NCBI GenBank assembly: GCA_037141055.1 | Contig: JBAXDH010000005.1 | Coordinates: forward strand, 90 to 64,089 | Reading direction: 5' to 3' | DNA length: 64,000 nucleotides | Source: a bacterium | Lineage (GTDB): Bacteria; Bacteroidota; Bacteroidia; Bacteroidales; FEN-979 | In this document: piece after piece, positions 49,701-58,933 of the stretch | Layout of the letters: every line of letters starts with the position of its first letter | How positions within the stretch are numbered: position 1 is the first letter of the stretch | Program-made: the position numbers and the translations under genes | Notes under the pieces: model-generated | The model's database searches: none | Told to the model about the DNA's origin: nothing | The model's input: only the letters and a program-made list of their open reading frames with translations

Positions 49701-49814
49701 GGTTCCCGGTTTATAAATTTACCTCGAAGGCACCAGGATGCAATTTTCGATGATCATTTATTTCATCATTGCGTCTTCTCGGCTTCGCGGCGATTAAAAG
49801 TCTGTGAACAGCAA

Positions 49815-51140
49815 CTATTTTGTTGTATCGACCCCGATGCAGTAATAGGCGAACCCTTTACGTTTCATTTCAGCGATCTCGTATATATTCCTGCCGTCAA
49901 AGATAACATGGCCTTTCAGCAGTTTCTTGATGATGTTGAAATTGGGAAATTTGAATTCGGGCCATTCAGTCACCAGCATCAGGCAGTCTGCATCAATCAG
50001 TGCATCGTACTGGTCGGGAGCATAGTAAATTTTCTCTCCGAGGATGCGCTGGGTTTCATGAATGGCGACCGGGTCGTATGCTTTAACTTTCACACCGGCA
50101 TCAAGCAGTTTTTTGATGATGACGAGCGATGGTGCTTCCCGCATGTCGTCGGTTTGCGGCTTAAATGAGAGTCCCCAAATTGCGACTGTCTTGCCTGCAA
50201 GGTCTCCGCCAAAATGCCTTACCATTTTATTGAAAAGTACCGATTTCTGATCGTCGTTTACCGCTTCAACGGCTTTCAGCACCCGCAGGCTGTATTTGTA
50301 ATCTTCCGCAGTGTGAATCAATGCTTTAACATCTTTAGGAAAACAAGAGCCACCGTATCCGACACCCGGATAGATGAATTTGTTGCCGATGCGCGAATCT
50401 GATCCGATTCCTTTTCTCACCATGTTGATGTCGGCACCTACAATTTCACACAGGTTGGCGACATCGTTCATGAAACTGATTTTGGTGGCAAGCATTGAAT
50501 TTGCTGCATATTTCGTCATTTCCGCGGATGTAATGTCCATGAAAATGATCGGATGCCCGTTTAACGTGAACGGACGGTAGAGTTCTTTCATCAGTTCCTC
50601 TGCGCGGGGGGAATCGCAACCGACAACGATACGGTCGGGTTTCAGGAAATCATCGATTGCAGCTCCTTCTTTGAGAAATTCGGGATTGGAGGCTACGTCG
50701 AACTCAATGCTCACGCCACGCTTATCCAACTCATCCTGAACTGCCTTCCTTACTTTTTCGGCCGTTCCGACAGGTACCGTGCTTTTTGTGACGATCAGCA
50801 GGTAATTTTTCATGTTTTTACCGCAATCGCGTGCCACGCTGAGAACATACTGAAGGTCCGCGCTTCCGTCTTCATCCGGCGGAGTGCCGACAGCGCTGAA
50901 AATCACCTCACAATCATCGAGCGCCTCAGCGATGTTTGTCGTGAACCGTATACGGTCTTTTTTCATATTCCTGTGAACCATGTCTTCAAGTCCGGGTTCA
51001 TATATAGGAATAATGCCTTTTTTCAGATTTTCAATTTTTTTCTGGTCGATGTCAACACAGGTGACTTCGATCCCAACTTCTGCAAAACAAGTACCGGTGA
51101 CTAATCCAACGTACCCGGATCCTACAATTGCAACTTTCAT
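49815..51140 (-). CDS. ugd: UDP-glucose 6-dehydrogenase
   Basis: 441 aa with [16 protein letters not shown] and the catalytic region [10 protein letters not shown]. Confidence 0.9.
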   Translation of the reverse strand: MKVAIVGSGYVGLVTGTCFAEVGIEVTCVDIDQKKIENLKKGIIPIYEPGLEDMVHRNMKKDRIRFTTNIAEALDDCEVIFSAVGTPPDEDGSADLQYVLSVARDCGKNMKNYLLIVTKSTVPVGTAEKVRKAVQDELDKRGVSIEFDVASNPEFLKEGAAIDDFLKPDRIVVGCDSPRAEELMKELYRPFTLNGHPIIFMDITSAEMTKYAANSMLATKISFMNDVANLCEIVGADINMVRKGIGSDSRIGNKFIYPGVGYGGSCFPKDVKALIHTAEDYKYSLRVLKAVEAVNDDQKSVLFNKMVRHFGGDLAGKTVAIWGLSFKPQTDDMREAPSLVIIKKLLDAGVKVKAYDPVAIHETQRILGEKIYYAPDQYDALIDADCLMLVTEWPEFKFPNFNIIKKLLKGHVIFDGRNIYEIAEMKRKGFAYYCIGVDTTK

Positions 51141-51369
51141 GGTGTTGTGTTTTTTGAGTGTTGTAAACGATTGAACAAATATATTAATTATATAGCAAGG
51201 CTAAAGCGTTTTTCTTTAATTGCATGATATTTCACACAAAGAAAACCTAATTCTTTCGTTTTTTTTATCTGAGGGGGAGTTGGAAATCCTTACCGGAATA
51301 CATCTGATTTTCGCGTAGATGGTTGCCTTGCAAAAACGGCGGAGAATGTTGGTTTTTGTGATTCTTCAA

Positions 51370-52173
51370 TCAGATATTCAGCCGTATTTGAATTGCCTGG
51401 ATGTCATTGCGCAGTTGTTTAACGGTTTCCACAAGGTGGTAATTCTCCGAATTGACATTTTCAGGTATTGTCGGGCTGATATAATGAACAAATTGCCATA
51501 TTTCGCGGATATCCTGGATGTTGATCTCATACGGATCATAGAGCGGGTTCAGTGAATGCAGCACCAGTTTACCCTCTGTTTTGATCCTGTTTTCAATCAC
51601 TTTGAACACAATGCCATCTTCAGAGGTCAGGATGATGTATGCATCACGGTCGCGAAGCGTTGACCAGTCCTGGATGAAAACGCCCGTAACCCATGATCCA
51701 TGGGGAATGGGCAGCATCGAATCACCGTTTACCTGGAAGGTTCTGTATTTTTTCTGCCGGGATAAAAATGGCAGCCGGAAGGTTGGCAGGATGCTGATGT
51801 ATTCAGGATCTGCAAATCCCCCGGTATACCCGGCTTTTGCCTTTTCCGAAACGAGTTCGATGTTGTCTTCATTGTCTGAGCCTACCGTCGTGGTGAGGAT
51901 GCGAAGGTTTGAACCCTTGATGAAGACATCGTAGCCCCTTTCGAGTTGCCGGAACTGACTTTCCGGAATTTTAGCCAGGTCGACCCTTATGAGCGTATCG
52001 ATGGCGACATTGTAGTATTTGGAGAAAGCAATCAGGGCATCAAATCCCGGCTGAGCGATGTTATTCTCATAGCCGCTCAGGGTGGAACGCTTCATGTTCA
52101 GTGAAACGGCGACATCGTCCTGGGTGCGTCCGCGCCGTTTTCGTAAAAATTTTATGTTGCTGCTGAAAAACAT
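51370..52173 (-). CDS. CI/XRE-type HTH + S24 peptidase repressor (non-canonical LexA-like)
   Basis: 267 aa with an N-terminal XRE HTH (LRKRRGRTQDDVAVSLNMKRSTLSGYENN) and a C-terminal S24 domain with GDSM (VNGDSMLP). Divergent from a dinB-containing unit. Confidence 0.7.
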   Translation of the reverse strand: MFFSSNIKFLRKRRGRTQDDVAVSLNMKRSTLSGYENNIAQPGFDALIAFSKYYNVAIDTLIRVDLAKIPESQFRQLERGYDVFIKGSNLRILTTTVGSDNEDNIELVSEKAKAGYTGGFADPEYISILPTFRLPFLSRQKKYRTFQVNGDSMLPIPHGSWVTGVFIQDWSTLRDRDAYIILTSEDGIVFKVIENRIKTEGKLVLHSLNPLYDPYEINIQDIREIWQFVHYISPTIPENVNSENYHLVETVKQLRNDIQAIQIRLNI

Positions 52174-52196
52174 TTTTTTTGCGTTTTGAAAAATAA

Positions 52197-52228
52197 TGAT
52201 TATATTATCGTCGGAGAAATGATTAGAA
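52197..52228 (+). promoter_or_regulatory. Candidate SOS-type operator, copy A (TGATTATATT-N3-GTCG-N4-AATGATTAGAA)
   Basis: The three conserved blocks (10 + 4 + 11 nt) are identical to those at 55697-55728. It lies 24 nt upstream of the repressor ATG and upstream of the ORF6N-dinB unit. Contains the direct repeat AATGATTA-N15-AATGATTA. Confidence 0.45.
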
Positions 52229-52340
52229 ACATGGCAAATATAATAAAAACAATCACCAGAATGCCGGAATGACGAAATTGTTGATAAAAATTGCCTGTTT
52301 GTGATATTACCTTTTGGTCCTGAGTCGGATTAAGCAGGAA

Positions 52341-52592
52341 ATGAATATGAAAAACGCGACTGAAATAAGGGAGGAGATCATTTCGCAGATTTATGTTATC
52401 CGTGGAAGGAAGGTGATGCTCGACAATGATCTGGCGAGGATTTACGGAGTGACGACAGCAAGGCTAAATCAACAGGTCAGAAGAAATATAGATCGTTTTC
52501 CGGCAGACTTTATGTTTGAACTTTCCCTGGAGGAGTATCGGAACTTGATGTTGCAAATTGCAACATCAAGTTCGCAAACCATTGATAACTAG
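52341..52592 (+). CDS. ORF6N-domain protein, short and possibly 3'-truncated
   Basis: IRGRKVMLDNDLARIYGVTTARLNQQVRRNIDRFPADFMFEL matches the ORF6N/KilA-N-like domain. The ORF ends soon after the domain (…IATSSSQTIDN). Confidence 0.5.
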   Translation: MNMKNATEIREEIISQIYVIRGRKVMLDNDLARIYGVTTARLNQQVRRNIDRFPADFMFELSLEEYRNLMLQIATSSSQTIDN

Positions 52593-52618
52593 TTTTGTTG
52601 CGTTACTCTTCTTAATAT

Positions 52619-53788
52619 ATGCCGACTCTTATCCGCAACATAATCCATCTCGACCTCGACACCTTCTTCGTGTCGGTGGAGCGACTTCTCCGCCCGGAAC
52701 TGGCAGGAAAGCCGGTAATCATCGGCGGTACCTCCGACCGCGGGGTGGTGGCGAGTTGCAGCTATGAGGCACGGAAGTTCGGTATCCATTCGGCCATGCC
52801 TATGAAGATGGCGCGGGCGCTATGCGGCGATGCGATCCTCGTGCGGGGCGATATGGAATTGTATTCGAAGTATTCGGACACGGTTACCGAAATCATCGCC
52901 GAAAAGGCTCCGGTGTATGAAAAAGCCTCCATCGACGAGCATTATCTTGATCTTACCGGGATGGACCGTTTCTTTGGTCTTCAGAAATGGAGCCATGAGC
53001 TGCGTGAAAGCATTATTAAAAACACCGGGTTGCCCATTTCCTTCGGCTTGTCGGTGAACAAGACCGTTTCAAAAATTGCCACCGGGGAAGCCAAGCCCAA
53101 CGGGGAACTGTTCGTGGAACGCGATGCCGTACAGCCCTTCCTCTCGCCGCTCTCCATCCGCAAAATTCCGGGAATAGGAGAGAAAACATACCGGCTGCTC
53201 CGTTCCATGGGGGTGGTAACGATCGATACCCTGAGCCACATCCCGGTTGGCATGATGGAACAGGTGATGGGAAAGAACGGCATCGTGATATGGGAGAAGG
53301 CCAACGGCATCGACCGCACACCTGTTTATCCTTACCACGAGGCCAAATCGGTGAGTACCGAAAATACCTTTGAACAGGACAGCATCGACATCATCAGGAT
53401 GAAGGAGATCCTGGTGAAAATGGTGGAAAAGATCTCGTTCGAGTTGCGCGACAAGCAGAAACTCACAGCCTGTATCACCGTGAAGATCCGCTATTCGAAC
53501 TTCGACACCCATACGCTGCAGAAACAGCTTCCCTATACGGCTTTCGATCATCAGCTCATCCCGGTGGCAAAGGAACTCTTCGACCGTCTTTACCAGCGCC
53601 GCATGCTGATCCGCCTCATCGGGGTGCGCTTCAGCAGCCTCATATCGGGAAACCCGCAACTCAACATGTTTGACGACAATGTGGAGATGGTGAACCTGTA
53701 CCAGGCCCTCGACCGCATCCGGCGGAAATACGGGCAGAAGATCGTGACGAGGGGAGTTGCTGTAAAAAATAGCGAAATAGCGAAATAG
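52619..53788 (+). CDS. dinB: Y-family DNA polymerase IV
   Basis: 389 aa with catalytic motifs intact (HLDLDTFFVSVE, CSYEARKFG, SIDEHYLD), so it is not an inactive ImuB. Confidence 0.85.
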   Translation: MPTLIRNIIHLDLDTFFVSVERLLRPELAGKPVIIGGTSDRGVVASCSYEARKFGIHSAMPMKMARALCGDAILVRGDMELYSKYSDTVTEIIAEKAPVYEKASIDEHYLDLTGMDRFFGLQKWSHELRESIIKNTGLPISFGLSVNKTVSKIATGEAKPNGELFVERDAVQPFLSPLSIRKIPGIGEKTYRLLRSMGVVTIDTLSHIPVGMMEQVMGKNGIVIWEKANGIDRTPVYPYHEAKSVSTENTFEQDSIDIIRMKEILVKMVEKISFELRDKQKLTACITVKIRYSNFDTHTLQKQLPYTAFDHQLIPVAKELFDRLYQRRMLIRLIGVRFSSLISGNPQLNMFDDNVEMVNLYQALDRIRRKYGQKIVTRGVAVKNSEIAK

Positions 53789-53798
53789 CGAAATGGTG
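53771..53798. repeat. AGCGAAAT x3 + GGTG tandem 8-mer array spanning the dinB stop codon
   Basis: Read directly. It encodes the last residues of DinB (…NSEIAK*). The unit and the AGCGAAATGGTG junction match the minus strand of 33765-33804. Confidence 0.85.
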
Positions 53799-53945
53799 GG
53801 TATCTCAATTGAAATGCTCAAGGTCATCGGATAGTCATATAATCAGCTACATGAAAATAGGTGTTTGCCCTACAAGCTTTTTCTGAACGACCTACATCTC
53901 CTAAAGAATTTCATTCTTAAATTGATCGCCATAAAAAGTAAAGCT

Positions 53946-55592
53946 ATGAAGCGACTGATAACACTAATAATTTTGACGGTCATTGTTTCTACAACATATT
54001 GTCAACTGCCCAATGGCAGTATTGCTCCTGATTTCACCCTGAAGGATATCGACGGGAATACGCGGCATCTTTACGACTATCTTGATTCGGGGAAAGTGGT
54101 GGTCATCGACTTCTTCGAAGTCCTTTGCGGCCCATGCTGGATTTACCATGAAACACACGCTCTCGCCCATGCATTCAATGTCTGGGGGCCTCAGGGAACC
54201 AACCAGCTGATGGTGTTCGAAGTGGAAGGAATCAAGAGTTCGGTTAATCAGATCAAGGGATTGGCAAACCCCACCAAGGGAAACTGGACAGATGGCGAGC
54301 CATTTCCGTTTATTGCCACCTGTGCTCCGAATGGCGACAAAATAGTAAAGGATTACACGATCAATTTTTTTCCGACGGTGTACATGATCTGCCGCGACAG
54401 GCGTATTAAACTTATCGGTACAGCAGACACAGCAATGATTCATGCACGGCTTGGCCAATGCCCGGTAACCCCTGCTGACAGCCTTTTTCTGGACCTGTTG
54501 AGTATTGACTCGATTATGCCGGTAACACAATCAAAGACAGTTCACCCCATCCTTCAATTTCAGAATTATGGCACAAACCTTATTACCAGTGCTAAAATCA
54601 GCGCAACCATTGATAATCTTTCACCTGTATCACTAACATGGTCAGGAAATCTGAAAACTTATGATGCACTTCATTTCGACGGAAATATATTCTCTCAGGT
54701 TACAGACGGTTCCCACATCATCAGGTATCTTGTTACTGAACTGAATGGACAAACGACCGGTTTTAAACAGGACACCATCAGCATACGCTTCACCAGCGAC
54801 CAGGTCCCTTTCCCCGTGCCATTCACGCAGAATTTTACCGATCCGGTTTTTCCATATAATAAATGGACGATAAACAATGCCTATAAAAATGTTCCGACCT
54901 GGGAACGCGCTGAACTTGGATATGCCAACTCTTTAAGAATTCCTTACTTTAACATACTTCCCGATTATACCAGTGAACTATACATGCCATGCCTTTCATT
55001 TGCAGGGAATGACAAGCCCTGCATGCGCTTTGATCTTTCCTGCACCCATAATAACTCAGTGATACGCCAGGGTGGTTATGACCTGATAGAATTCGATTAT
55101 TCACTCAACTGCGGAAATACATGGCAACTGATGGCACAGATATCTTCCCTTGACCATCAGACGGCTCCGGATGATTCCACCTATTTTATCCCGACGGAAA
55201 CCCAATGGAAACCTATGTACATCGATCTCACAAAAATTGCCGGGAGAGAGTCTGTGCTGGTAAGGCTCGCAACCAGTCCTGCATATGGAAACAATATGTA
55301 CCTGCGTAACATCCGTTTTGATAATACAGCCGGCATCAATGATGAGGCAATATCGCCGGGAATTCATGTTTACCCGGTTCCGGCAACGGATGTGCTGTAT
55401 TTGAAATTATCCAGGGCAGTGAATATCTCTGTGATTGAACTGTTTGATATAACAGGGGCCGTGGTGCTCCGGATGGCCAATCCTGCGGGCAGGGAAATTG
55501 CAATCCCGATTGCGCAAGTCTCACGTGGCCTTTATTTTTTGCGCATTCTCAGCGATGGGTACATTTCAGTACGAAAAGTTCAGGTCGAATAA
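53946..55592 (+). CDS. Secreted thioredoxin-fold (TlpA/redoxin-like, CGPC) protein with a T9SS type A C-terminal sorting domain
   Basis: Start trimmed to ATG 53946 (MKRLITLIILTV). Has APDFTLKDIDGN...VVVIDFFEVLCGPCW and a C-terminal beta-sandwich tail …VYPVPATDVLYLKL…GLYFLRILSDGYISVRKVQVE. Confidence 0.7.
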   Translation: MKRLITLIILTVIVSTTYCQLPNGSIAPDFTLKDIDGNTRHLYDYLDSGKVVVIDFFEVLCGPCWIYHETHALAHAFNVWGPQGTNQLMVFEVEGIKSSVNQIKGLANPTKGNWTDGEPFPFIATCAPNGDKIVKDYTINFFPTVYMICRDRRIKLIGTADTAMIHARLGQCPVTPADSLFLDLLSIDSIMPVTQSKTVHPILQFQNYGTNLITSAKISATIDNLSPVSLTWSGNLKTYDALHFDGNIFSQVTDGSHIIRYLVTELNGQTTGFKQDTISIRFTSDQVPFPVPFTQNFTDPVFPYNKWTINNAYKNVPTWERAELGYANSLRIPYFNILPDYTSELYMPCLSFAGNDKPCMRFDLSCTHNNSVIRQGGYDLIEFDYSLNCGNTWQLMAQISSLDHQTAPDDSTYFIPTETQWKPMYIDLTKIAGRESVLVRLATSPAYGNNMYLRNIRFDNTAGINDEAISPGIHVYPVPATDVLYLKLSRAVNISVIELFDITGAVVLRMANPAGREIAIPIAQVSRGLYFLRILSDGYISVRKVQVE

Positions 55593-55696
55593 TATCCGGC
55601 TTCAGTAACCTCCTGTCGTCAGGCTGTCATTTTTTTTCATGAATTTGCAGGGAAAATGGCAGTTTGTTTGATTTCATTTTCCTTTTTGTGATTTAT

Positions 55697-55728
55697 TGAT
55701 TATATTGTAGTCGTTACAATGATTAGAA
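55697..55728 (+). promoter_or_regulatory. Candidate SOS-type operator, copy B, 42 nt upstream of dnaE2
   Basis: TGATTATATT-GTA-GTCG-TTAC-AATGATTAGAA. Same blocks and spacing as 52197-52228. The flanking TTTTG, 9 nt upstream, is also shared. Confidence 0.45.
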
Positions 55729-55769
55729 TATAGTCAAAACCTGTTTCCTGGTTATTTCGCCTTTTCACC

Positions 55770-58700
55770 ATGTTTCTCAATTGCCACTCCTACTATTCCC
55801 TCCGCTATGGAACGATCTCCATCGAAAACCTCGTGGAGGAGGCGGTGAAAAATCATGTTACGGCCCTGGCGCTTACCGACATCAATAATTCCACCGGCAT
55901 CATGGAGTTTGTTGCCGCATGCAGGGAAAAAGGAATCAAACCCCTCGCGGGGATCGAGTTCAGGCGCGACGACCGGTTGCTTTACACCGGGCTGGCAAGG
56001 AACAATGAAGGTTTTCGTGAACTGAACGAATTTCTGAGCCGCCATAACCTGGGGGACATGCTTTTGCCGGACAGGCCTCCGGAGATGGAGGATGTATTTG
56101 TGATCTACCCGCTAGCCTCGCATACCTGCCTCCGCTCCAGGGGGAGAGGGGGTGCCGGAGGCGGGGTTGATGTAGTTGGTATCCGCCCCGCCGATCTCAA
56201 TCCTTTGATCCTTTCCCGCCACCGCGACCTGGTTTCCCATATGGTACTCATGGCACCGGTCACCTTCAGGAACAGTAAAGAGTACGAATTGCACCGTAAT
56301 TTCAGGGCCGTCGGCCACAATGTATTGCTGAGCCGGCTGGAACCTCACCAGGTGGCTGCCCCAGGCGAGGTAATGTTTCATGCAGATGAATTAAGGGATA
56401 TCTGCCGCGATTTTCCCGAAATTCTGCGCAACACCGAAAAGCTGACCGAAACATGTTCCATCGATTTTGACTTCAAAGCCTGCAAGAACAAGAAAACCTT
56501 TACAGGCGACCGCTATGATGACCTCATCCTGCTTGAAAAGCTGGCCATGGACGGGCTTCAGTACCGGTATGGCAAAGGGCATGGCGAGGCAAGGCGCCGC
56601 ATCCGCCATGAACTGGATATTATTGACAAAATGGGTTTTGCCGCTTATTTCCTCATCACCTGGGACATCATCCGGTATTCGATGTCCCGCGGCTTTTATC
56701 ATGTCGGCCGGGGGAGCGGTGCCAACAGCATCGTGGCTTATTGCCTGCGCATCACCGATGTGGATCCCATTGAACTCGACCTTTACTTTGAGCGGTTTAT
56801 CAATCCCAAACGAACCTCACCGCCCGATTTCGACATCGATTACTCCTGGAAGGAGCGTGACGAGGTGCTCGACTATATCTTTAAACGCTATGGCCATGAG
56901 CATACCGCCTTGCTCGGTGCCATGTCGACATTCCGTGATAAATCCATTTACCGTGAACTGGGGAAGGTTCACGGCCTGCCAAAGGGTGAGATCGACGCCT
57001 TCCTGAAGCATCCGGAGGAGGCGATTCATAAAAATCACATCATCCGGAAGATCAGTGAACTTGGCGAGATGATGGCCGACTTTCCCAACATCCGCAGCAT
57101 TCATGCCGGCGGGGTGCTGATTTCCGAGGAACCTATCACCTGTTACACGGCGCTCGACCTGCCACCGAAGGGTTTTCCGACAACGCAGTTTGACATGTAT
57201 GTGGCGGAGGATATCGGCTTCGAGAAACTTGACATCCTCAGCCAGCGGGGCATCGGCCACATCTATGAGGCGGCGGAACTCGTGAAAAAGAACAGGGGGA
57301 TCAACGTGGATGTGCACCAGGTTCGGGCATTCCAGGAAGATGAAATGGTGAAGGAGCAGTTGCGCAATGCCCGCACGATCGGCTGCTTTTACGTGGAAAG
57401 TCCCGCCATGCGCGGACTGCTGAAAAAACTGCATTGCGACAATTACCGCACCCTCGTGGCGGCCAGTTCGATCATCCGCCCCGGCGTTGCACGTTCGGGG
57501 ATGATGAAAGAGTATATTTTCAGGTTCCATAATCCCGGTAAGTTTAAATATCTCCACCCGGTGATGGAGGAGCAGCTGAAGGAAACGTTCGGAGTGATGG
57601 TGTACCAGGAGGATGTGCTCAAGATATGTCACCACTTTGCCGGCCTCGACCTGGCCGATGCCGATGTGCTTCGCCGCGCCATGAGCGGAAAATACCGGTC
57701 GAAGAAAGAACTTCAGCGCATCGTCGATAAGTTTTTTGAAAACTGCCGGAATTTTGGTTATCCCGAAGAGGTTACAAAGGAGGTGTGGCGGCAGATTGAA
57801 TCGTTTGCAGGCTATTCCTTCTCCAAGGCTCATTCAGCCTCCTATGCCGTGGAAAGCTACCAGAGCCTTTACCTCAAGGCCCATTACCCGCTCGAATTCA
57901 TCACCGGGGTGATCAACAACTTCGGTGGGTTCTATTCATCCTGGGTCTATTTTAATGAGGCGAAAGTGTCGGGAGCGAACCTGCATGTGCCCTGCGTCAA
58001 CCGGAGTGAATACAAGACCAGTATCAAAGGGAATGATATTTTCCTTGGATTCATCCATGTGGCAGGGCTGGAGTCGGAAACAGGGAAAGCGATTGATGAT
58101 TTACGATTTACGACCCCACCCCCGGCCCCTCCCCAAACGGGGATGGGAGAGCGATCCTACGCAAGTATGGAGGATTTTATTCAGCGTGTTCCGGTCACAC
58201 TCGACCAACTCATCATTCTTATCAGGGTGGGTGCTTTTCGCTTTACCGGCAAACCAAAGGCTTCGCTGTTGTGGGAGGCGCATATGCTGCTGGGAAAAAA
58301 TCAGGCGGCAGCCGGCAGTCGGCAGTTTGCAGTTCGAACAAGCGAAATTGACCAGGGAATCGAAAATCGTAAATCTGAAATTCAATCGTCAATCGTCAAT
58401 CGTCCAATCGAAAATTTGTTCCCCTTTAAGACTGATCTTAAGAAATTCGTGCTTCCTGCGCTTGAACAGAATATTATCGCAGATGTTTACGACGAGATTG
58501 AACTGCTTGGCTTTCCAGTCTCATACAGTTATTTCGACCTGCTGGAGACAAAGTTCCGGGGCGACATCCTGGCGCACGAAATGGCTTCTCATGTCGGGAA
58601 GACCATTCGGATGCTGGGACTGCTGGTTACAATAAAATATGTACGTACCGTGAGGCGGGAGTGGATGCATTTCGGCACTTTCATCGATGTCAACGGGCAT

Positions 58701-58862
58701 TTCTTCGACACCGTTCACTTTCCGAAAGCCGTCACGCTGTATCCTTTTCGCGGCGACGGTGTTTATCTTGTCAAAGGAAAGATTGTTGAAGAGTTTGGAT
58801 TTCCCAGCATGAACGTGGAGAAAATGGCGAAGATGCCGCTGCAGCCTGATCCCCGGGGATGA
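55770..58862 (+). CDS. dnaE2: Error-prone DNA polymerase III alpha-like subunit (DnaE2-type)
   Basis: 1030 aa with an N-terminal PHP domain (CHSYYSLRYG), a Pol III alpha core (YFLITWDII, GRGSGANS, DFDIDY) and an OB-fold C-terminus. Shorter than replicative DnaE and next to dinB and a LexA-like gene. Confidence 0.8.
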   Translation: MFLNCHSYYSLRYGTISIENLVEEAVKNHVTALALTDINNSTGIMEFVAACREKGIKPLAGIEFRRDDRLLYTGLARNNEGFRELNEFLSRHNLGDMLLPDRPPEMEDVFVIYPLASHTCLRSRGRGGAGGGVDVVGIRPADLNPLILSRHRDLVSHMVLMAPVTFRNSKEYELHRNFRAVGHNVLLSRLEPHQVAAPGEVMFHADELRDICRDFPEILRNTEKLTETCSIDFDFKACKNKKTFTGDRYDDLILLEKLAMDGLQYRYGKGHGEARRRIRHELDIIDKMGFAAYFLITWDIIRYSMSRGFYHVGRGSGANSIVAYCLRITDVDPIELDLYFERFINPKRTSPPDFDIDYSWKERDEVLDYIFKRYGHEHTALLGAMSTFRDKSIYRELGKVHGLPKGEIDAFLKHPEEAIHKNHIIRKISELGEMMADFPNIRSIHAGGVLISEEPITCYTALDLPPKGFPTTQFDMYVAEDIGFEKLDILSQRGIGHIYEAAELVKKNRGINVDVHQVRAFQEDEMVKEQLRNARTIGCFYVESPAMRGLLKKLHCDNYRTLVAASSIIRPGVARSGMMKEYIFRFHNPGKFKYLHPVMEEQLKETFGVMVYQEDVLKICHHFAGLDLADADVLRRAMSGKYRSKKELQRIVDKFFENCRNFGYPEEVTKEVWRQIESFAGYSFSKAHSASYAVESYQSLYLKAHYPLEFITGVINNFGGFYSSWVYFNEAKVSGANLHVPCVNRSEYKTSIKGNDIFLGFIHVAGLESETGKAIDDLRFTTPPPAPPQTGMGERSYASMEDFIQRVPVTLDQLIILIRVGAFRFTGKPKASLLWEAHMLLGKNQAAAGSRQFAVRTSEIDQGIENRKSEIQSSIVNRPIENLFPFKTDLKKFVLPALEQNIIADVYDEIELLGFPVSYSYFDLLETKFRGDILAHEMASHVGKTIRMLGLLVTIKYVRTVRREWMHFGTFIDVNGHFFDTVHFPKAVTLYPFRGDGVYLVKGKIVEEFGFPSMNVEKMAKMPLQPDPRG
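58358..58415. repeat. In-frame simple-sequence patch inside dnaE2 (AATCGAAAAT … TCAATCG x3 … AATCGAAAAT)
   Basis: Read directly. It encodes GIENRKSEIQSSIVNRPIEN. ATCGTAAATC here is inverted relative to GATTTACGATTTACGA at 58098-58113. Confidence 0.7.
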
Positions 58863-58933
58863 AAAACGTTCCAAAACAAACCTTCCAGGTTTTTAAAACC
58901 TGGAAGGTGCAGATAATCAAAAGTATAGGATGA

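Noticed and set aside
47880-51140. rfbD without rfbA/B/C, next to uxs and ugd, as a possible novel sugar pathway
   Set aside because: The other dTDP-rhamnose genes may simply lie outside the window. ugd plus uxs form the ordinary UDP-xylose route. Nothing in the sequence itself is anomalous.
33765-53798. Tandem 8-mer arrays (33765-33804 and 53771-53798) as a possible CRISPR array
   Set aside because: The units are 8 nt with no spacers, only 3-5 copies are present, and no cas genes are in the window. They are micro-/minisatellite-like repeats, not CRISPR.
52197-55728. The two candidate operators are exactly 3500 nt apart
   Set aside because: No biological mechanism would require this. The intervening genes are unrelated in size to any repeat unit. 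Treated as coincidence.
53069-57833. Long minus-strand ORFs (53069-53827, 252 aa; 56817-57833, 338 aa) opposite dinB and dnaE2
   Set aside because: Both lie entirely antisense to genes with strong polymerase motifs. Their products are His/Arg/Leu-rich low-complexity sequence. The same reasoning applies to 22561-23427 (+) opposite pnp, 3520-4236 (+) opposite the lipoprotein gene and 29041-29697 (+) opposite the 20-haem gene.
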